Shown in pieces: positions 1 through 12,875 of a DNA stretch of 64,000 nt (positions are counted from its first letter, which is position 1; each line of letters begins with the position of its first letter). Origin of the DNA: Sphyrna mokarran (Eukaryota); assembly GCA_024679065.1 (NCBI GenBank), contig JAGIQG010000006.1, positions 115,320,001 through 115,384,000 of the forward strand, in the 5' to 3' direction. The notes beneath the pieces were generated by a model, which did not search any database, had not been told where the DNA came from, and saw only the letters and a list, made by a program, of their open reading frames with translations. Made by a program: the position numbers and the translations under genes.

Positions 1-589
1 CTTTAAAATTGAAACTTTGGAAAATTTGAGAAATTTTTCAAATTAAACAGAAGGAAATAAAGTCCTGTATTTTTAATTTTCTATGTTTCACTTATATTCA
101 ATCGGTAACAAATGGCTTATACATAATTTTTTTTAGAAGTGAATGTAGTAAAGAAAATCTTTTTGGAAAACAAAACAGCAAAATTCAAAGTTGACAGGTC
201 ACTGGATCTTGATGGCACGGGGTCCTGATGGCACACCGCTTGCTGCTGAAGAAGAGGCAGCTTAGGCCACAATTTTCAACATTTCTTAAAAATGCAAATT
301 ATGCTTTGGGATAGAGCAGCAAACTCAGTGCCTTTGTTCAATAAAGACTTGGGGGAAAAAAGGAAAAGCAAGCATCATGTTTTGATGTTTGGAACACATT
401 GTAAGCAAATTAAGTTATTTTCCACATTATTTAAACAAACAACAATTTATTGCCTTCCAGGCTAGTTCAACAATTTCAGGCTGTAATCTCTGCGCCCATT
501 TTGGTTCTTTTCTTTACATATTTTGATAATATCCTTGCTTACCTCTTCTTTTTGCTTTAGGATGGCAACTGTTCACCCAGAATATCATT

Positions 590-870
590 CGTACTTTAAG
601 CACATCTTTTGTTTTTTTTCTTGCCCAATTCACCCTCCCTTTGGCCTTACACGACTCTTGTCATTTAATTTCTCTCGTCTTCCACCCTGTCACAGACCTT
701 CCCTTTTTGTTATTTGTCCCACTCTCTCTTATTTCACCTGCTTAAAGCTTTCCAAGTGTTTCAAGTTCTAGTGAAAGGTCATTGATTTGCAACATTAACT
801 CTCTTTCCCTTTCCCCAGATGCTGCCAACACCTGCTGAGCATTTCTAGCTTTTGTGTCTGTTTATTAGCT
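590..870 (+). mobile_element. Penelope-like pLTR-derived repeat with degenerate hammerhead motif
   Basis: ttctagtgaaaggtcattgatttgcaacattaactc...cagatgctgccaacacctgctgagcatttc; the same motif recurs at about 18670, 24370-24820, 33100, 34560 and 47750. Confidence 0.55.
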
Positions 871-1107
871 TGGCTAGGTAATCCAACAAAAAACTCGCAA
901 AATCCTTTAATTTGTGCAGTATAGGAGAGAGAGTGAGAGAATACATGAAGAGTTCATAGGACAGACATTTTGAAATAGTAACAACATACGGCTCAGAAAA
1001 GCTGGAATATAGTTAAGACATTTTTGCACAAGTTAAATCAATCAATTCACTAGTAAAGGTTACTGTAATGCATTCTTCATTTACTAATATGCAAAATGCA
1101 ATACACT

Positions 1108-1322
1108 AAGAACAAAGAACAAAACAGCACGGGAAACAGGCCCTTCGGCCCAACGAATCGCCACCCCGATGTTCCCACCTCTACCTGCAATCCCTGTCCA
1201 TGTTTATAGACCTACGGATTAAAAACCAAATTTGAGACAATTTAGGGAGAATTTGTTTTGCCAATTAGCCTAAGAGCACATCTTTGGGATGTGGGAGGAA
1301 ACCAGAGTGCCCGGAGAAAACC
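1108..1322 (-). mobile_element. 5'-truncated retroelement: partial V-domain plus CR1-type 3' tail
   Basis: Tail cagcacgggaaacaggcccttcggcccaacga is identical to that at about 54209-54240. The V-domain part tgtgggaggaaaccagagtgcccggagaaaacc is also shared. Ends in (TTCTTTG)n on the minus strand. Confidence 0.8.
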
Positions 1323-2084
1323 TAGTGAACAGAGTCTGATTATCATGGCCATTCTATACAGTAAGGTAAATGAGGAAAAAAAACAGTTTAATATTCACTT
1401 TTAGCCTCATTTCTGAAAAGATTAGTGAATTACATGTGCAAAAGATATGAATATCCAGTTGATGTCAAAAGTGTTCTAATTAGCATACTCTCTGACTGAA
1501 TTATTGAAAGTAAGTTAACCTCTGAGAACATAAGATTGCCAGACGGTTTGCATAAGTAACTGATATCACTGGGACCATGAATTTACCTTGGATGAACATG
1601 TAATTATGATATCACAATTTTTAAAGGTAGATTTCTATTTTGAAGCATTGATATTTGAGTTTATGAGCTTTTTAAAAATTGAAGTATAGAAAGACAACAA
1701 GGCACCTTTAGTGTTTCTTCAAATTTTGCCAGACTCGTATCTCTAGAGCCGAGTATGAAGATTCACAACATACAAAAGACTTTTCCAGGGAAATCCATTG
1801 AAACTTCTCAGAGAGAGAGAGTGGCTACTAAAAATGTGACATGTCTTTTCCAAAGTAATAAGGCAACAAAAGCTGTGCGTTGACCTGCTCTTGTACAACT
1901 CTTGCCCCTTCTGAAACTAAATTGCTTTCTAATGTTTTTTGTTAGAAGGTGGGGGGTGATTCTGAAAGTTGACTTCAAACTGAGGAAAACTTCTACTTGC
2001 AGTGTTTGTTGTCTTGTACTTTAACTAATTAGTCATTCGCCTTGCAGAAAAATGGACAATAGTTATTGGTAGGTTATTAACTAT

Positions 2085-2379
2085 GGGTGGCTTAGTGGTA
2101 TACTAGTTAGCATTCCAGTTCATAGCACCAGGAGCCCAGGTTTGATTTCAGCTTCAGGTTACTATCTATTTGGAGTTTGCATGTTCTTCCTGTGTCTGCG
2201 TGGGTTCCCTACCACACTCCAAAGATGCGCAAGTTAGGTTGATTGGTCATGCAAAATTGCCCTTAGTGTCAGGGAGACTAGCAAGATAAATACGTGGGGA
2301 AAAGGCCTGGATAGAATTGTTGTTGGTGCAGACTCAATGGGCCACATGGCCTCCTTCTGCACTGTCGGGTTTCTACGAT
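2085..2379 (+). mobile_element. V-SINE (HE1-like) with CR1-type tail
   Basis: tRNA head (A box tggcttagtgg, B box ggtttgatttc), V-domain ggagtttgcatgttcttcctgtgtctgcgtggg, tail gggccacatggcctccttctgcactg. Confidence 0.88.
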
Positions 2380-2569
2380 AAAAGGTGAGAAATGCCTTTA
2401 CAGGAAACAGGAAGGGACTTCAAAAGACACAATGTAATTAATTCTTGTCTGGTTAAGAAATTAGTCCTTGAAAATTAACGTAACAGTCATTTAGTATGTT
2501 TAGTATATGTTTTCTGAACTATGTAACAGATATTGTAAGTGGCATCTTGGGAGACTGGTTAGAAAAAGG

Positions 2570-2948
2570 AGATAGCAGCATACTGGTAATATCACTGGAC
2601 TAATAATCCAGATGCCCAGACTCATGCTCTGAGGACTTGGGTTCAAATTCTAGCATGGCCGCTGGTGGAATTTACATTCCAGTAATAAAATCGATTAATT
2701 GGAAATAAAATCTGGAATAAAATCAGTAATGATAACCATGAAACTACCATTGATATTTATAAAAATCTATCTGGTCCACTAATGTCTTTTAGGGAAGGAA
2801 TTCTGGTTACACATGACTCCAGATCCACAACAATGTGGTTGACTCTGAACTGCCTTCTGAAATAAGCACTTAGTTCAAGGACTATTAAGGGATAGGCATC
2901 AAAGGTTGGCTTTGCCAATGACGTCCACATCTCATGAATAAATAAGAA
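2570..2948 (+). mobile_element. tRNA-headed SINE-like element, family 2
   Basis: Colinear with 37990-38378: B box ggttcaaattc, ggtggaattt, ctggtccactaatgtctttagggaagga, and a 3' tail ending catgaataaataa. Confidence 0.85.
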
Positions 2949-3065
2949 TGAACTGCCTGGAAGAACTCAGACAATATCAGAGAGGTTCCTGGATCAAGGA
3001 GGGCAAAAAAGGAAGGTATCAAGGAATTAACTGCTATTCTGCTACATGAGATTATGCTTTCCTCA

Positions 3066-3261
3066 GGCAGTTCTAGTTTTCTCCCACACTTTAAAGATGT
3101 GCAGATTAGGTTGATTTAACCATGGTAAATTATCCCTTAATGTTAGGGGAATTAGCAGGATAAATACGTGGGGTTACGAGGATAGGATGGGATTGTTGTC
3201 AGGGCAGATTTAAATGGGCCTAATAGCCTCTTTCTGCACTGTGAGTTTCTATGATTCTATG
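3066..3261 (+). mobile_element. V-SINE 3' fragment
   Basis: ctcccacactttaaagatgtgcagattagg...ctgcactgtgagtttctatgattctatg tail. Confidence 0.8.
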
Positions 3262-3779
3262 AAACTGCAAATGTCATAACCAATGAATTAGAAATGAAAA
3301 GGAAATGCACCCATCTCCCAAAATCTGCTGACCTGAGACCACCTGAAAAAGCAAGACTCCGGATATTCAACTGAAAAAGTCACCTTCACTGCTAAACCGA
3401 ACCTTAAGTTTCATTCTTTCATTTCAGAAAGGTGGAACTCAAGCAACAAGCCCACACCAATATCTCAGAGATTGATATGAAAATTTCATCTTCAAATATT
3501 TTTCCCTTTATCTGCATTTTAATCTTTGTATCTGTTAATAACTTGTATCACTCTTATGCACGTAACTTCCAGCAGAAGTTTTTTAAATAAGTAAACCTAC
3601 ATATTCTTTCAGAGTAAAGCTTGACTGTTGGGTTATTTTTATATTGAATCACTTGCAAAGTGAAAGGGGGCTAGATATACAGGACCATTTCAAGTAAACA
3701 CCTTTTCCACAGCTGTGCTACTGGATGAATTCTGAGAATTCATTATTTCAGATTTAAATTTAATGAGTATTTTAAAATG

Positions 3780-4660
3780 TCTACAAAATCAAGAGCGTCA
3801 GCATGGGTTTTGTAAAAAGCAAATTGTGTTTAACCAATTTGAGAAACCTTCTGGTTTTTGTTTCTGAAGAAGTGACTAGGCAGATAAAAGGAATGCAATA
3901 GACATAGTGTATAATGATTCATAAAAGGCATTCTATAAACTATCCCACAAGAGACAAGTTGAAAAATTGAGAAAAACATTACATGGAAATATAACAGCAT
4001 GGATAAAAAAAATGACTGTCAAGACATAAAACTGTGTTACAGTAAACATATATTACCTAATCAAGAGATGGATTTCACCTAGTTCTCCCTCATACCTAGA
4101 TGATTTGGACTTGCGCAGAAGGCAGTAGTTGCTGCTAAAACAAATGTTAGAAGATTTGGCAAATAGTAGGGGAGGGGCGCTGTGAAATACTTCAAGACAA
4201 CATAGGTAGTCAGCAGAATGAGCAGGCAAGTGGTGGATGCAAGTTAATGCAGAGTGTGAAGCAGTAATACATTTTGAGAGATTTTTTACACAACGACAAT
4301 ATATTGAATGGTGTGGATGAACAGAGACACCTAGGGGCTCAAGTATATAATCCAGCAAAAAGTAAAAAGAGAAAGGCACAGGAAAGTCATTGGGATCTGG
4401 GTTATAAAAAATAGTGGCATAGAATGTAACAGTAAAAAGCAATGATCAATTTACATAAAATGTTGATTAGTCCTCAATTAGATTACTACATGAAGTTTTG
4501 GGTGCCAAGGATATTGAAATCATGCAGTGAAAGCAGGAGTTCACTAAAACGTCAGGGATAGGAAAATACGTCAGACACTAAATTATTTCCATTTGGGTGC
4601 AGAAGATGAAGGAGATTTACAGACGTTTTAAAATTCTGAAGAGTTTTGACAGTGAGAAGG
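3780..4660 (+). mobile_element. Degenerate CR1 LINE ORF2 fragment
   Basis: Remnants of QHGF (cagcatgggttttgt), D.VY.D..KAF.K..H, W...W.MQ.NAE.C and P.LDY...FW motifs, with many stops and deletions. Confidence 0.75.
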
Positions 4661-5399
4661 GAAAGTTGATAGGCAATTAATTCAAAAAGAGATCCTGCAT
4701 TTTGCCTGTAAAAGAGATGGTCTGTGCATTCCAATTTCCCACAAATTGCCAGGCAATTTGCAATGTTCAACTCTTTAGCCTTAACAAAGCCCACCAAAAT
4801 CTGCCATTACATTGTGAGGCTCCAATTGCAGTTTATTGCAATCATGAATTTGCTTGAATTTTGACAGGAATTCTTCTGCAAGCAGAGAGAGCTGATAAAT
4901 TAGTAATTGCAAGTGCTCTGCCAATGGCGTGACCTTTGGTCCTGACGTGACACTCAGCCTTGCAGTCTACTCCAGCAAGTTCACTGTTTCCAGAGTTTTC
5001 TTTTTGTAATTCATTTCATCTGTTTTGGCAATCTTATTTGCCAAGCTCGTTAATGCTGAAGTTAAACTTGCACTGACATTCAAATGTAAATTAGATAGGT
5101 TTCTTGATGAAAATACATTTTTGGATTTAATATGTGTAATTTGAGACTTGAGATATTACATATAGTGGGCTTGGGAAGAGAAAGGTGACTTTGGATCTAT
5201 AGCTCCCAAAGCTTTTTCACTAGTATTTTCCTTGCATAATTCTGAGCTTATTATGCACTAATTGATAGAGATTGATTGTTGTAATTAATCAATAACTCTA
5301 TTACCATTATATCGTGCAAACACCAGGTAAAAGGCCATCTAAATGAACTCTGGCATGTTCTTCTATAGAAACTCTTCTGTTTTCTTTTTCTTAGATTGT

Positions 5400-6230
5400 G
5401 TCTTAGGGTTGAAGATGACATGCTTCCAAATTAAAAATGAGTTCTCAAGTGACTAAGTAATCCAACGTGTGAACTATAGTCTCTGTCACAGTGGTGGTTG
5501 AAGGAGCAAGTGGGTAGTGTGTCTGGGTTGCCATGCACTCCTTTTGCTGTCGATAATTGACTTCAGCTGGCTCTCGGCAATGAAGCTCAAGGTATTCAGC
5601 TTCTTCCCAGATACTTCTTCTGCACTTTGGCAGTTTTGGGCCCAGGTGTCAGTGAGAATGCTGCATTTATTCCATGGAGGTTTTCTTGGTATCCCTTTGA
5701 GAGTAGAGTGCTTGTTTCAGGACATGAGCGCTTCATGTCAGGTATACAGAGCTGATTGAGCATGACCAATGCTTTGATGCTGGGGGTGTTGGCCTAAGCA
5801 AGAACACTGAAGTTGATGTGCCTATCCTGCCAATGGATTTGCAGGGTCTTTCGGAGGCAGGGCTGATGGTACTTCTCTAGGATTTTGAGGTGCTTGCTGT
5901 AAATAGTCCATGTCTCTGAGTCATATAGGAAGGAGAGTATTACTATTGCTTCATAGACCGTGGGCTTCGACACTCTTCGTCAGGCAACCAAAGGCTGCGG
6001 TGGCATACTGAAGAGTGTTGAAGCTCGCCATTGATGTCTGCCCTTGTTGATAGTAGGCTCCTAAGGTAAGGAAAGTAGTCCACATTATCCAGGGGCCTGT
6101 TGTGGATTTTGAGGGGTATAACAAGGCAAGTTAGTAGAGGACCTTTATCTCATGATATTTAATGTAAGGCCCGTGCTTTCTGATGCCTCAGTCAATGTGT
6201 TGACGATGACTTGGAGTTCGCAAGCACTGT
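5400..6230 (-). mobile_element. RTE-clade LINE 3' fragment
   Basis: Minus strand gives a YFxYLGSLLSTRADI-like segment and LLYDSETWTIYSKHLKILEKYHQPCLRKTLQIHWQDR, typical of the RTE ORF C-terminus. Confidence 0.85.
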
Positions 6231-6429
6231 TACATAGTGTAGTTCAATGACAGAGGATAGGACGACCTTAGACGTTGTGTGTAGGAATTGGAGGCTGAAC
6301 AGATTCTTACATTTCACTATTTTCATAGGAACAATGTATTCAATGGATCTTTCACCGTTCCTGATTGTGATGGCAGGGCCACTTAGTTCAATACCTCATA
6401 GATCGGGAATGTTTGTACATTTTGTATGT

Positions 6430-7275
6430 CTATCTTGACATTCAGGGGCATTTACCTCAAGACTTGTTCAAACTGTGCACTGAAAATATTCTTCAAATTA
6501 TTGAAGACTTTCCTGGATTATCAATTGGAAGTTGCAACTTTAATAATGCAACGTATGTCAATGTTCTTACTGCCAACTTTGAAGCACAACTGCAGAAGAT
6601 TTTGGATGTGGTAGCGAGTGAAAGTGAGAAGAAAGGCTGAGCGTAAATTGTTAGAAAACAAAATGTCATTAGCATCCAAAAAGGATTAAAAAGGTCACAC
6701 AGGTAGGTAAGTTTTGTTATCGAGGAAGTATGTTAATATCGAATGGAAAGTACCACCAAAAAATAAGACAAAAGGATTGGAATGACTATTCCAAGATGCA
6801 TTCCAAAAAAATAAAGATGATCAATTTAAATTTTGCCAATAAGAATAAAGCAGAAAATCATAAAATGTTACATCACACCAGTTTTGACTTGCAGAAGCAA
6901 GTGTTGGACAATCAGTGAAGCAATGTAGAGAAATATTGTATCTGCAATTTTGGTTATTTGAGGCAAATAATGAAGTTATCTTAAACAGGTTACACTGCCA
7001 ACGAAGAGGTGCTAGCAAAAAAATCTGTGAAACAAAGAATTCTGCTGAACAAGATCAGAAAAAGACAAGTTGGAACTTCTTGGGTGTGTAATAAGAAATC
7101 AAGACAGAATGTCAGATGCAAATGAGAAAGATCAATGGTAAAAGAAATCGAGGTGGACGAAGAACAACCTTTCTAAAATTCCTTGCAAATTGGATCAGTG
7201 TAGTATCAAGATGATCCACACTTTCACAGCAAGATTAAAATGGAGATCTATGGTTGCTAATTAGAGCATGTTGTC
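6430..7275 (+). mobile_element. Second, distinct RTE (BovB-like) LINE fragment, old
   Basis: QG..PQDLFKLCTENILQIIEDFPGLSIGSCNFNNATY...LQKILDVVASESEKKG (RT core with decayed YADD), then KCYITPVL....CWTIS, NEEVL and KINGKRNRG. Confidence 0.78.
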
Positions 7276-7924
7276 TGAAGAGAGAGGCATCTTGACCTAT
7301 ATTCATTAACTGCTAAAGAACAAAACAACAATTTCTAAGTACAACTGAGTTACAAGCTCAGTTTCCTCTTCTGCTCTTTCTCTACAAATTATTATTTTTT
7401 TCTTCCTATATCCAATTTTACTTCAGTTCATCACATTTTCTTCCCTACTATTCTCTCCTTCTTTCTCTACTATTTCTTTCAATGCTTAAGGAAATTATTG
7501 AGGTTCTTAATGGAAAATTGACGTCACTGCATTTTTATGACATTCTACTAATTTGTGGCACAAATACAAAAGACGAGAATGATGAAGTACAAGGTCTAAA
7601 AATGCAGCTTTATATATGGCATTGCAACAGTTTATGGCCCTCGTTCCACTGCTTAGGTAGTTGGTGAGGGTGAACAACTTTAAATTATCACATAAGAAAA
7701 TAACAACAGAGATTAGAATTGTTTTTACATGAAAGAAAAGCGTTACTGGACCATGGGATGCTTTATCATAAGAGTGAAGTGGAGATCCTTGCATCTCTTA
7801 AGAAAACGCAGGTTAAATATTTAAAGCAGACAAAAATACTGGTTTATGGAGGAACAGCAAGGTGGCAAGATTAATTCTGAACTGCCGTGTAAAATAGCTG
7901 TTAAAAACATCATGGCTCAAAATC

Positions 7925-10260
7925 ACAGAATTATAGAAACACATCTTATAAGAGGTCATTCACAAATCATGCCTGGGCTGGAATATATCCCACACCCTAG
8001 TTTTTGATTTGCAACCAGGCAAAAGTTCATAATCCTCAAGTCCTTGCCGAACTCCTTATAACATTATTTATGCAATCAACTTCCAATATCTTTTTCAGGT
8101 GCAGCATTTCAGATCCTGACAACAGTGAAAATTATCGTCTCTCACCTGGATCTTAGAGCGATTATTTTAAATCCAATATTGACATCATCAGTGGAGAATA
8201 ATTTTTTCAATGTCTGCTCTAGCAAGACACATCTTAAATTTCTCTTGTACAGGGATAATATAGTTTTATTTTACAATTTTCTACTCATAACTGAAATCCC
8301 CTGTCTCTTGTAACATTCTGCTAAACCTCTTCTATCCTCTGCAAAGGTCTTAGCATTTTCCTCAGATATGGTGAGAATTTTCCACAGTACTCCAAATGAG
8401 GCCAAACCAATGATATAGAAAGTTGTAGCGTAATTTATTAGTTTCTAGATTTTGGCATCTATTTATAAATCCAAGTAACCCATGTGATTTTTAAAAACTA
8501 CTTTATGAACTTGTCCTTTCACCTTTAAAGATTTGTTTAGATGCACACAAAGATTGCCCTATTCATCTGCACTCATCAAAATGTATCATGGATTGGTATA
8601 CTAGTTTTCCAAAAGAATACCACTAAGAAGCATCACTTCACACTTCTATACGTTAAACACCATCTGCTATGCTTCTACCCATTTCACCATCCAGTTTATA
8701 TCATTCTAAAGCCTATACTTATCTAATCATTCATGACTATGTTTTGATTCATCTGCACATTTTAAAAGCTGCTCACTACACCTGAATCTAGGTCATTTAT
8801 AAAAATTGAAAAGAGTAACAGACCCAAACCTGTCAGGGAGCATCTTTGCAAATGACCTCCCAATTTGAAAAGCAATTTGTACTTAAGTTTAGTGTTCCAG
8901 CTTCTTAGCAAATTTCTTCAAAGGAACTTTGTCAAAAACCTTCCAAAAGTCCATATGCACACGTGCATATGCACTAGCTTGTTCAATCTTCTGTGTTACC
9001 TCACTAAAGAAAGCAGTCTAATTAATCATGGTTAGCACATCCCCACTGATTAATCCATTCTCCACAATAATAATTCCTAATTTCCAATAATCTACCGATG
9101 TTAAACTTGCTGACCTGCGGTTTCCCACTTTATGTCCTTGAGGTTTTTTGGGAATATGAATGGCATCCATAAAGGAGACTGTGTATGTGTGTGAGGGCCT
9201 GGAGAAAGGTTAGTAGAGATAGCTTGTCTATAGGAACCGAGAGATAAAAGCGTAACAATTTTATATTCATGCAATTGTAATGAGAGGTTATGATGAGTTA
9301 GAATATACAAATTGGATTTAAAATTTGTCTTATGAGGTATGTTAATGCTTAGCTTTTCAACTGTTGAATTTCAAAGGAAAGACCTAAAGTGGCAAGAAAG
9401 CTTTACACCTTACAAAGGTTTCATAACAAGGGAATGTCTATTAAATTTTATTAACCTGAAAGTGGAGACAATTGGAAAATTCTAACAGTTGGAAAAGCTG
9501 AGGTCAAAGATGGGTTTGAGGACAATGGAAGCAGAGATGAAAGGAAAAAAGGAAGTTTAATGAAAGATATTTAGCTGAGCTGCGATGGCTATGTTTGTGG
9601 GACTGTCCCTATCCATTACTAACTTGTCCATAACTTCCTTCTCCTCATCCATTGTAACCTTCATATTATCTCCTTTCTTTGTGAGATCCACTCAAAGTAT
9701 TCATTTAATCACGTTCCTTGCCTCCACGTAAAGGTTTCCTTTGGGTCTTTAAAACACAGATTTTCCCTTGCTTGCACCAGGTATGTTTTAAAAATATCTG
9801 CGGGTTCAGTTCAATGTTAATCTTTTCTTGTAATTTCCCCTTGCTTCCTGAGTTAACGTTTTCAATTCCCTCCTTTATTTGCTAAGATCTTCCTGCTCAT
9901 TAAGTAAATCTTGCTCCTGATATTTGTCATAAATCTCCTTTTCTGTTTTATTTTAATTTTTATTTTCTTTGTCCTCTAGAGCACATTAGCTTACTGAAAT
10001 CTTTCAAAGAAAGATGCCTTATTTCTACTTTGCTAAATGCCCTCTGTTGCTCCTTTATTGCTTCATTTTGCCTTTTTCAATCTAGCTGTACTTGGTCCCT
10101 TCTTAAATCAGCTCTTCTCCAGTTGAACATTTTTATCTTTGATATTTTCTAGCCTTTTTCCATAACTGCATAACGTTTTGGTCACTGCCAGTTAAATTAT
10201 TTATTAGTCTAACATACCGGGCTTGTCCTATTTTCCAGAGCAAGAATTAACACCACATCC
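7925..10260 (-). mobile_element. Highly degenerate CR1 LINE (interrupted about 9130-9600)
   Basis: Starts with a tail-like atcacagaattatagaa and contains ccacagtactccaaatgaggccaaacc (RPHLEYC on the minus strand) and actttgtcaaaaaccttccaaaagtccatatg (YMDF.K.FDKV). Confidence 0.65.
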
Positions 10261-10268
10261 TTCCTTCA

Positions 10269-10531
10269 GGCAACACAGTGGTTAGCACTGCTGCCTCACT
10301 GTTCCAGGGACCCAGGTCCGGGTCCTGGCTTGGGTCACTGTCTGTGTGGAGTTTGCACATTCTCCCTGTGTCTATGTGGGTTTTCACTAGATTCTTCGGC
10401 TTTTTTCCACAGTATAAGAGACGTGCTGATTAGGTGCACTGGCCATGTTAAATTCTACCTCAGTATACCCGAACAGATGACTATGGGATTTTCACAGTAG
10501 CTTCCATTTTTGACACTAATAAATAAACTTT
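10269..10531 (+). mobile_element. V-SINE, subfamily with tgacactaataaataaac tail
   Basis: cagtggttagcactgctgcctcac head, V-domain, tail gggattttcacagtagcttcc...tgacactaataaataaacttt. Confidence 0.9.
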
Positions 10532-10811
10532 GTTGAGAGAGACCAATTGATCTGTGCACATCAGAAAGTCTTCTCTTTCTCTACCTTTAACACTGCTTCC
10601 TGCCAAGTATACATGAGTAATTAAAATCTCCTAATAATAGGCCTCTGAAATTTGTTCATCTTTTCCTTCTTCTATCAGTAACGGGGAATAATACAAATGC
10701 ATTCCTGCTCTTATTTGAGCCATATCTCTATAAAGACAAATATGCCATTATCTCACTGGTAACCCATGCCTGCAATTCACCAATCTTTAATTAGTTATAT
10801 TACAGACACTG

Positions 10812-10851
10812 ACACACACACACACACACATACTCACACACACACACTCAC
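10812..10851 (+). repeat. Imperfect (CA)n microsatellite
   Basis: acacacacacacacacacatactcacacacacacactcaca. Confidence 0.95.
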
Positions 10852-11774
10852 AATCAGCTCCTTCTTTTCTATAAACTTCTATTGCTCTATGTTCCCCATC
10901 AGCAATTTGACAGATCAGTTCAAAATTATGATCTGAAAGATGCTTCCTCTATTGGATCTTGTTAGCTCAATAAACACACAATGCAAATGCACAGAAGATC
11001 AATCAATATTTATAAAGAGAGAAGATGCACACATGTAACTCTTCTTCGGGTCTGAAATATTCCACTAGACTTATGATGCACTTTTGATGTATAGAAAATA
11101 ACCAATTAAAAATGATCAGTCTAAAGTTTTGACAATGATCAAATACATCCAAGTTAAATATTACAGAATGAGAGATTCTATAAATTATTCTGAAGTTCCT
11201 AATTCAAACCAGTTTTTAAAAAAATTCTCTCACTATTAAATGCTATTAGTAGGCAGCAGTTTGTTGATACTGTTCAATGCATTTTTCCTCAATCAGGCTC
11301 AAATGCTCACTGGTTTGAGTCAAGAAGTATGGTAAGATCAAAGTGCTACATGGTACTGTATTGTGTAACATGGAACTTACCAGCACAAAAACAAATCCTT
11401 CCACCTAAAAGGTCAATATCAATGTTTTTGCTACATACAAGCACCTCCTACTCTCTTTATTTAAACTCTCAATCCATTCATTTCTTTATCGTTTATTGTG
11501 ATCATCCAACTTCCCCTTAAATGCATCTATATTAGCTATATCAACGGCTACTTGAGAAAACGAATTCATATTCTCACCATTCTGAGTAATGATGTCTCTC
11601 CTGAACTCCCTCTTGGACCTAATGCCTGTCCTTATGGCTGCTAAATCTAACTCGGGCCTTAGAGCTAAAATTCCATGATCAAATCTAGGAAAATATTTTT
11701 TGAACATGTGAAAATTGTTCAGATTCATCATCTTACTATTTTTATCTAGCCTTTTGAATAAAATAACAAATTAC

Positions 11775-11956
11775 CTGGTAATAAGGAAAGAAAAGTGAGC
11801 AAATGGCACAATATGGTTCCATTTTTGAAGCTTCTTCATTATACTCCTTCTCTGCTTGAAAATTGTGCGGTTTATTCTGCCAGAGTTGGATAAGAGGTTT
11901 GGCCCAAGGCTCAGATTCATTTACCTCTTCTTCATTGGATGTGGAATCAACCAATT
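11775..11956 (-). CDS. kdm4c: KDM4C coding exon, pre-PHD region (182 nt, phase 1 to 0)
   Basis: Acceptor ttttgttttgtag, donor CAG|gtaatt. Encodes [61 protein letters not shown], the conserved KDM4 WAKPL..LWQ...NF.AE.EYN...PxCAIC block. Confidence 0.96.
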
Positions 11957-12269
11957 CTACAAAACAAAATTATTCTACTTTTACTCTTTGGTTTCCACAA
12001 GAATCAATTAAGTTGCAACATTAACATTTTCCCTTTCTATCAGTGCTATATTAGGGCACAATGCACCTGTTGGATAAGGAAGTAATAGCCTATAGGAAAG
12101 TTACAATACTATTATGGTCTATTCCTGTTTAATACTGTTGTAACTTGTCATTACAGTGCAAGACGCAAATTTTCCTTTATCAATATGCTTCACCTTCAAA
12201 TACAACTAATCCCACAGTGGCCACTTTGATATGTAAAGTAAAGCTGAGCTTCAGCACAATAGCTCAAAT

Positions 12270-12545
12270 GGTGGCACAGTGGTTAGCACTGGTCCCAGCG
12301 CCAGCGACCCAGATTCAATTCCGGCCTCGGGTCACTGTCTTCTATGGAGGTTGCACGTTCTCCCTGTGTCTCTGTGGATTTCCTCTGGCTGCTCTGGTTT
12401 CCTCCCACACTTCAAAGATGTGCAGGTCATGTTGATTGGCCATATTAAATTGTCCCTTGGTATCAGGGATTAGCAGATACATATATTGGGTTAGGGCTGG
12501 GTAGGAATAGCCTTCCTCTGCACTGTAGGGATTCTGTGATTCTAT
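12270..12545 (+). mobile_element. V-SINE (HE1-like, CR1-type tail)
   Basis: ggtggcacagtggttagcact head, V-domain, tail ctctgcactgtagggattctgtgattcta. Confidence 0.9.
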
Positions 12546-12564
12546 ATTAGTTGCAGGGTATTGT

Positions 12565-12875
12565 GGGTGGCACAGTGACACAGTGGTAAGCACTGCTATC
12601 TCACAGCACCAGGGACCTGGGTTTGATTCCTGGCTTGGGTCACTGTTTATGTAGAGTCTGTACATTCTCCCCGTGTCTACGTGGGTTTCCTCTGGGTGTT
12701 CCAATTTCCTTCCACAGTCTGAAAGATGTGCTGGTTAGGTGCATTGACTTGAATTTTTGATCAGTGTACCCGAATAGGCGCCAGAGAGTGGCAACTAGTG
12801 GATTCTCAGAGTAATTTCATTGCAGTGTTAATGCAAGCCTACTTGTGACACTAATGAATAAATGTCTAAACTTCT
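12565..12875 (+). mobile_element. V-SINE, subfamily with tgacactaat tail, in tandem with the previous copy
   Basis: tRNA head, V-domain, tail gtaatttcattgcagtgttaatgcaagcctacttgtgacactaatgaataaa. Confidence 0.9.

Noticed and set aside
1-11774. Next KDM4C exon (leading to the PHD fingers)
   Set aside because: No matching frame with splice sites was found; it presumably lies beyond position 1, though a short divergent exon could have been missed.
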